Source: Tepidisphaera sp. (GTDB lineage Bacteria > Planctomycetota > Phycisphaerae > Phycisphaerales > UBA1924). Taken from it: a DNA stretch of 64,000 nt. Shown piece after piece: positions 61,369-64,000 of this stretch. The DNA lies in assembly GCA_050916045.1 (NCBI GenBank), contig CP051526.1:2880001-2944000 (forward strand), read 5' to 3'. Position 1 is the stretch's first letter, and each line of letters starts with the position of its first letter. Below the pieces are notes generated by a model, which had not been told where the DNA came from, made no database searches, and was given only the letters and a program-made list of their open reading frames with translations. The position numbers and the translations under genes are program-made.

Positions 61369-62697
61369 ATGTCACGCGTCGCCCTCATCCTCGTCCTGGC
61401 CGTGACCGCCATCCTCTCGGTGGTCGCCGCGGTCGTGCTCCGCTCGCCACCCGCCGTCACCGATCCCCGTCTCGCCCCCTTCGAGGTTCAATCGGTCACC
61501 CGGATCGAGATCGAGCGCGGCGGCGTCAAAGCGGCTTTCGTCCGAGACGCTCGCTCCGCCGCGTGGACGTTCGAGAGCACGCCCCCGGTCGGCGCGCCGC
61601 TCGTGTGGCCCGGAGACGCCACCGCCATCACCGCGGCGCTCGCGACACTCGCTTCGACCGAGCACCTCGGCGTCGTGGAACCCCTCTCGACTCCGCCGGC
61701 GGCGCGGGTCGTCGTGACGACACCCAAGGAGTCCATCACCTACGCGCTCGGTTCCTCCGCGCTCGGCGGCCGCACGGCGATCGAAGTGACGCAAAGCGGG
61801 ACCACACGCACCTTCGCCGCGGCTTCGGATGTTCTCGCCGCCCTCACCAGCTCCGCTTCACCGCTTCTCGAACCCGCCGCGCTCCGCTGGCCGTCGGAAC
61901 CAACGAAGCTGACGCTCGCACGCGAGGATCGCTCGATCACTCTGGAGCGTTCGGGCCGCGGGTGGCGGATCACCGCACCGATCACGGCCGCGGCCGATCG
62001 CAAGACCGTCGCCGAGTTGCAAGCCGCGCTCACCAACCTGCGCATGGAGAGCATCTCCTCCGTTGCCTCGGGCTTGCAGGACAAACCCGCTCTCACCATC
62101 ACCATCGAGTCCGGGCCCGCGGGCGCGACGTTCACGCAGACAATCGCCTTCGCCAGTTCTTCAGGCTCGCAAGCCACCGTCATCCACCCAGCCGGGTCCG
62201 CCAAACTCGCGCTCCGTACGCCGGACCTCGAACCGATCTTCGTTGACCTCAAAGCTCTGCTCGCCAAGCAGGCTATCGAACGCCCGGCCGCCGACATCAC
62301 GGCGTTGCTGCTTCTCAAACCCGGCGATGAACTCACCGAGCCGCGGGCAATCTCCCGCGATGCCGATCGCTGGAAACTCGCGGGCAAGCCGCTTCCCGAA
62401 GCAGACACCGCCACGCTCACCGCGCTGCTCGAAACGCTCTGCACCACACCCGCCGCTGCGACGCTTCTCGAGATCCCGACCGATTTCGAGCCCATCGCCA
62501 AAGTCCGCCTCCGCACGCTTCAGGAGAACCGGCTCGCCGATCTCGCGATCGGACTGAGCACTCCGCAAGCCGCGGCGGCAGGGGGCGTGAGCCGCAAGGT
62601 CCTCACGATCATCAGCAGCGACGGAGCGATCGCTCGTCTCTACCCCGTCAGCGGCGAAGATCCGATGCTCGCGTTCCTCCGGGCGAACCTGCCATGA
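61369..62697 (+). CDS. DUF4340-like membrane-anchored protein
   Basis: N-terminal TM; repeated domains with ITLERSGRGWRITAPITAAAD. Confidence 0.65.
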   Translation: MSRVALILVLAVTAILSVVAAVVLRSPPAVTDPRLAPFEVQSVTRIEIERGGVKAAFVRDARSAAWTFESTPPVGAPLVWPGDATAITAALATLASTEHLGVVEPLSTPPAARVVVTTPKESITYALGSSALGGRTAIEVTQSGTTRTFAAASDVLAALTSSASPLLEPAALRWPSEPTKLTLAREDRSITLERSGRGWRITAPITAAADRKTVAELQAALTNLRMESISSVASGLQDKPALTITIESGPAGATFTQTIAFASSSGSQATVIHPAGSAKLALRTPDLEPIFVDLKALLAKQAIERPAADITALLLLKPGDELTEPRAISRDADRWKLAGKPLPEADTATLTALLETLCTTPAAATLLEIPTDFEPIAKVRLRTLQENRLADLAIGLSTPQAAAAGGVSRKVLTIISSDGAIARLYPVSGEDPMLAFLRANLP

Positions 62698-63584
62698 ACC
62701 TCCGCATCGCGATCGTCCTTCCGTGCGTGACGCTGGCGATGCTCGCAAGCTGCGAGCGTCCGGCACCGAAACCCACGGCCACCGACACGGCTTCCACCGC
62801 GCCGGCAGCCACGCCCGCCGAAACCTTGCACACACCGCCGGCTCCGACGCCGACAGCTCCTGCCATCGAGCCGCAGCCCGCCAAGCCCGTCTTTCTGCCC
62901 TCGAAGCACGGCTTCGCGTTCGTCAATGCCTTCCGCGGCTCACCGCTCCCACCGAGCTTGCGCGGCCTCAAGTCTGTGCTCGGTTCGCAGGTCCCCGAGC
63001 GATTCGGCCTCTGCGGCGGGATGTGCATGGCCGCCGCGGATTTCTTCCACGCTTCGGTCGAGATCCCAAGCGACGCCGTGCCGCCGGTCGAGGGCGATCC
63101 GCTGTACCAGTACCTCTATGACCGCCAGCTCGACTCCTTCGGCGGGATCGCGCTCCCCCTCCGCGTACTCCAACTGATGGCCGCGCCCGATGCGGGCCCC
63201 GACGGCTTGCAAGCCCTGACCGCCAAGGAGCTCCCCCGCATCCGCGAGAAAGTCGCAAGCGGCGACCTCGTCCCGATCTGCATCATCCTCGGCAAAGCCG
63301 ACGGCCGGTCCAAACCGTGGGACAACCACCAGATCCTCATCTACGCCGACGCCACCTCCGACGAAGCCGCTCCCGTCCTCCGGGTCTACGACCCCAATTT
63401 CCCCAAGGACGACCTCGCGACGCTCACCTTTGCCAAGACCGACGACGGCTGGACGACGCTTCTGCAAGCCCACCGGCCCGGGCGACCCAAGCCCACCGAG
63501 ATCAAGGTGCGAGGCCTCTTCCTCACCCCGTACACGCCTCGAACGCCGTCGTCCGCTCCGACCAAGAAAAAGTCCGCCGACTGA
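62694..63584 (+). CDS. Lipoprotein with possible papain-like Cys-His-Asp triad
   Basis: Lipobox LASC, Pro/Thr linker, GLCGGM, NHQIL, VYDPN; ATGA overlap. Confidence 0.7.
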   Translation: MNLRIAIVLPCVTLAMLASCERPAPKPTATDTASTAPAATPAETLHTPPAPTPTAPAIEPQPAKPVFLPSKHGFAFVNAFRGSPLPPSLRGLKSVLGSQVPERFGLCGGMCMAAADFFHASVEIPSDAVPPVEGDPLYQYLYDRQLDSFGGIALPLRVLQLMAAPDAGPDGLQALTAKELPRIREKVASGDLVPICIILGKADGRSKPWDNHQILIYADATSDEAAPVLRVYDPNFPKDDLATLTFAKTDDGWTTLLQAHRPGRPKPTEIKVRGLFLTPYTPRTPSSAPTKKKSAD

Positions 63585-63811
63585 CCCGACGCCGCAATCC
63601 GCAGGCACCGACGGGCGTTGAGCCCCTGCTTCCACAAGACCCATTTCGCTCCGGCCCCGGATCCGGAGTGACGCAACGCCCGCAGTGTCTGATCGACAAT
63701 GCGGGCGACTTTTTTGGGCTTGGGGTCGCCCGGTGCGGTTCCCCACCAGCGCCCGGCCCCACCTCGGCCCCAACCCACCCCCACCACGACCGACCCACTA
63801 CCATCCCGCCA

Positions 63812-64000
63812 ATGAGTTCCGACGCGCTCGAAGTTCAGCCCGAAGCCCAAGCACCCCTCGGCCCGACCGCCGAGTCACTCGCTCCCTCGATCGAAGCGGC
63901 GCTGCTCAGTCTCGAACGTCCCGCCGGCCATGAACGCCTGGCCGTCGCCCTCGGCCTGATCGCGCCCGACGCCGACGATGAGCCCGCGTCCGCGCCCGAG
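63812..64000 (+). CDS. scpB: SMC-Scp complex subunit ScpB, N-terminal part only
   Basis: Manual translation MSSDALEV...SIEAALLSLERPAGHERLAVALG resembles the ScpB N-terminal IEA.L...P motif. Confidence 0.55.
   Translation, partial: MSSDALEVQPEAQAPLGPTAESLAPSIEAALLSLERPAGHERLAVALGLIAPDADDEPASAPE

Overview
GC-rich bacterial chromosomal window. Most likely Planctomycetota, class Phycisphaerae (inference from the ECF sigma/Ser-Thr kinase pairs and the secreted proteins ending in a DFNxDGFVDFFDYxDF...GC dockerin-like domain). In order: (1) a Zn/metal and stress block (partial COG0523 GTPase, zinc-ribbon protein, Fur/Zur, cytochrome b, P1B-5 ATPase, DUF2934, degenerate Dps, general stress protein); (2) a signalling block with three ECF sigma + Ser/Thr kinase couples among secreted or hydrolase genes, one ECF broken by an in-frame TAG; (3) a YcaC-DoxX-YtcJ-AlgE-type porin operon whose enzymes carry export signals; (4) a Cys-tailed ECF near a YgaP/AhpD/Blh-like thiol-persulfide operon; (5) AAA+VWA, a frameshifted OPT transporter, VIT1 and an oxidoreductase; (6) rpsO-pnp, then two cold-shock genes bracketing a 5'-truncated dockerin-domain gene, three more secreted proteins and a fourth ECF/kinase pair; (7) sahR-ahcY-metF, DUF4340, a lipoprotein and the start of scpB. 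No rRNA, tRNA, CRISPR array, integrase or transposase was recognised. The best candidate for an undescribed system is a periplasmic amide-hydrolysis module under ECF/kinase control. All calls come from motif reading by eye; no database search was run.
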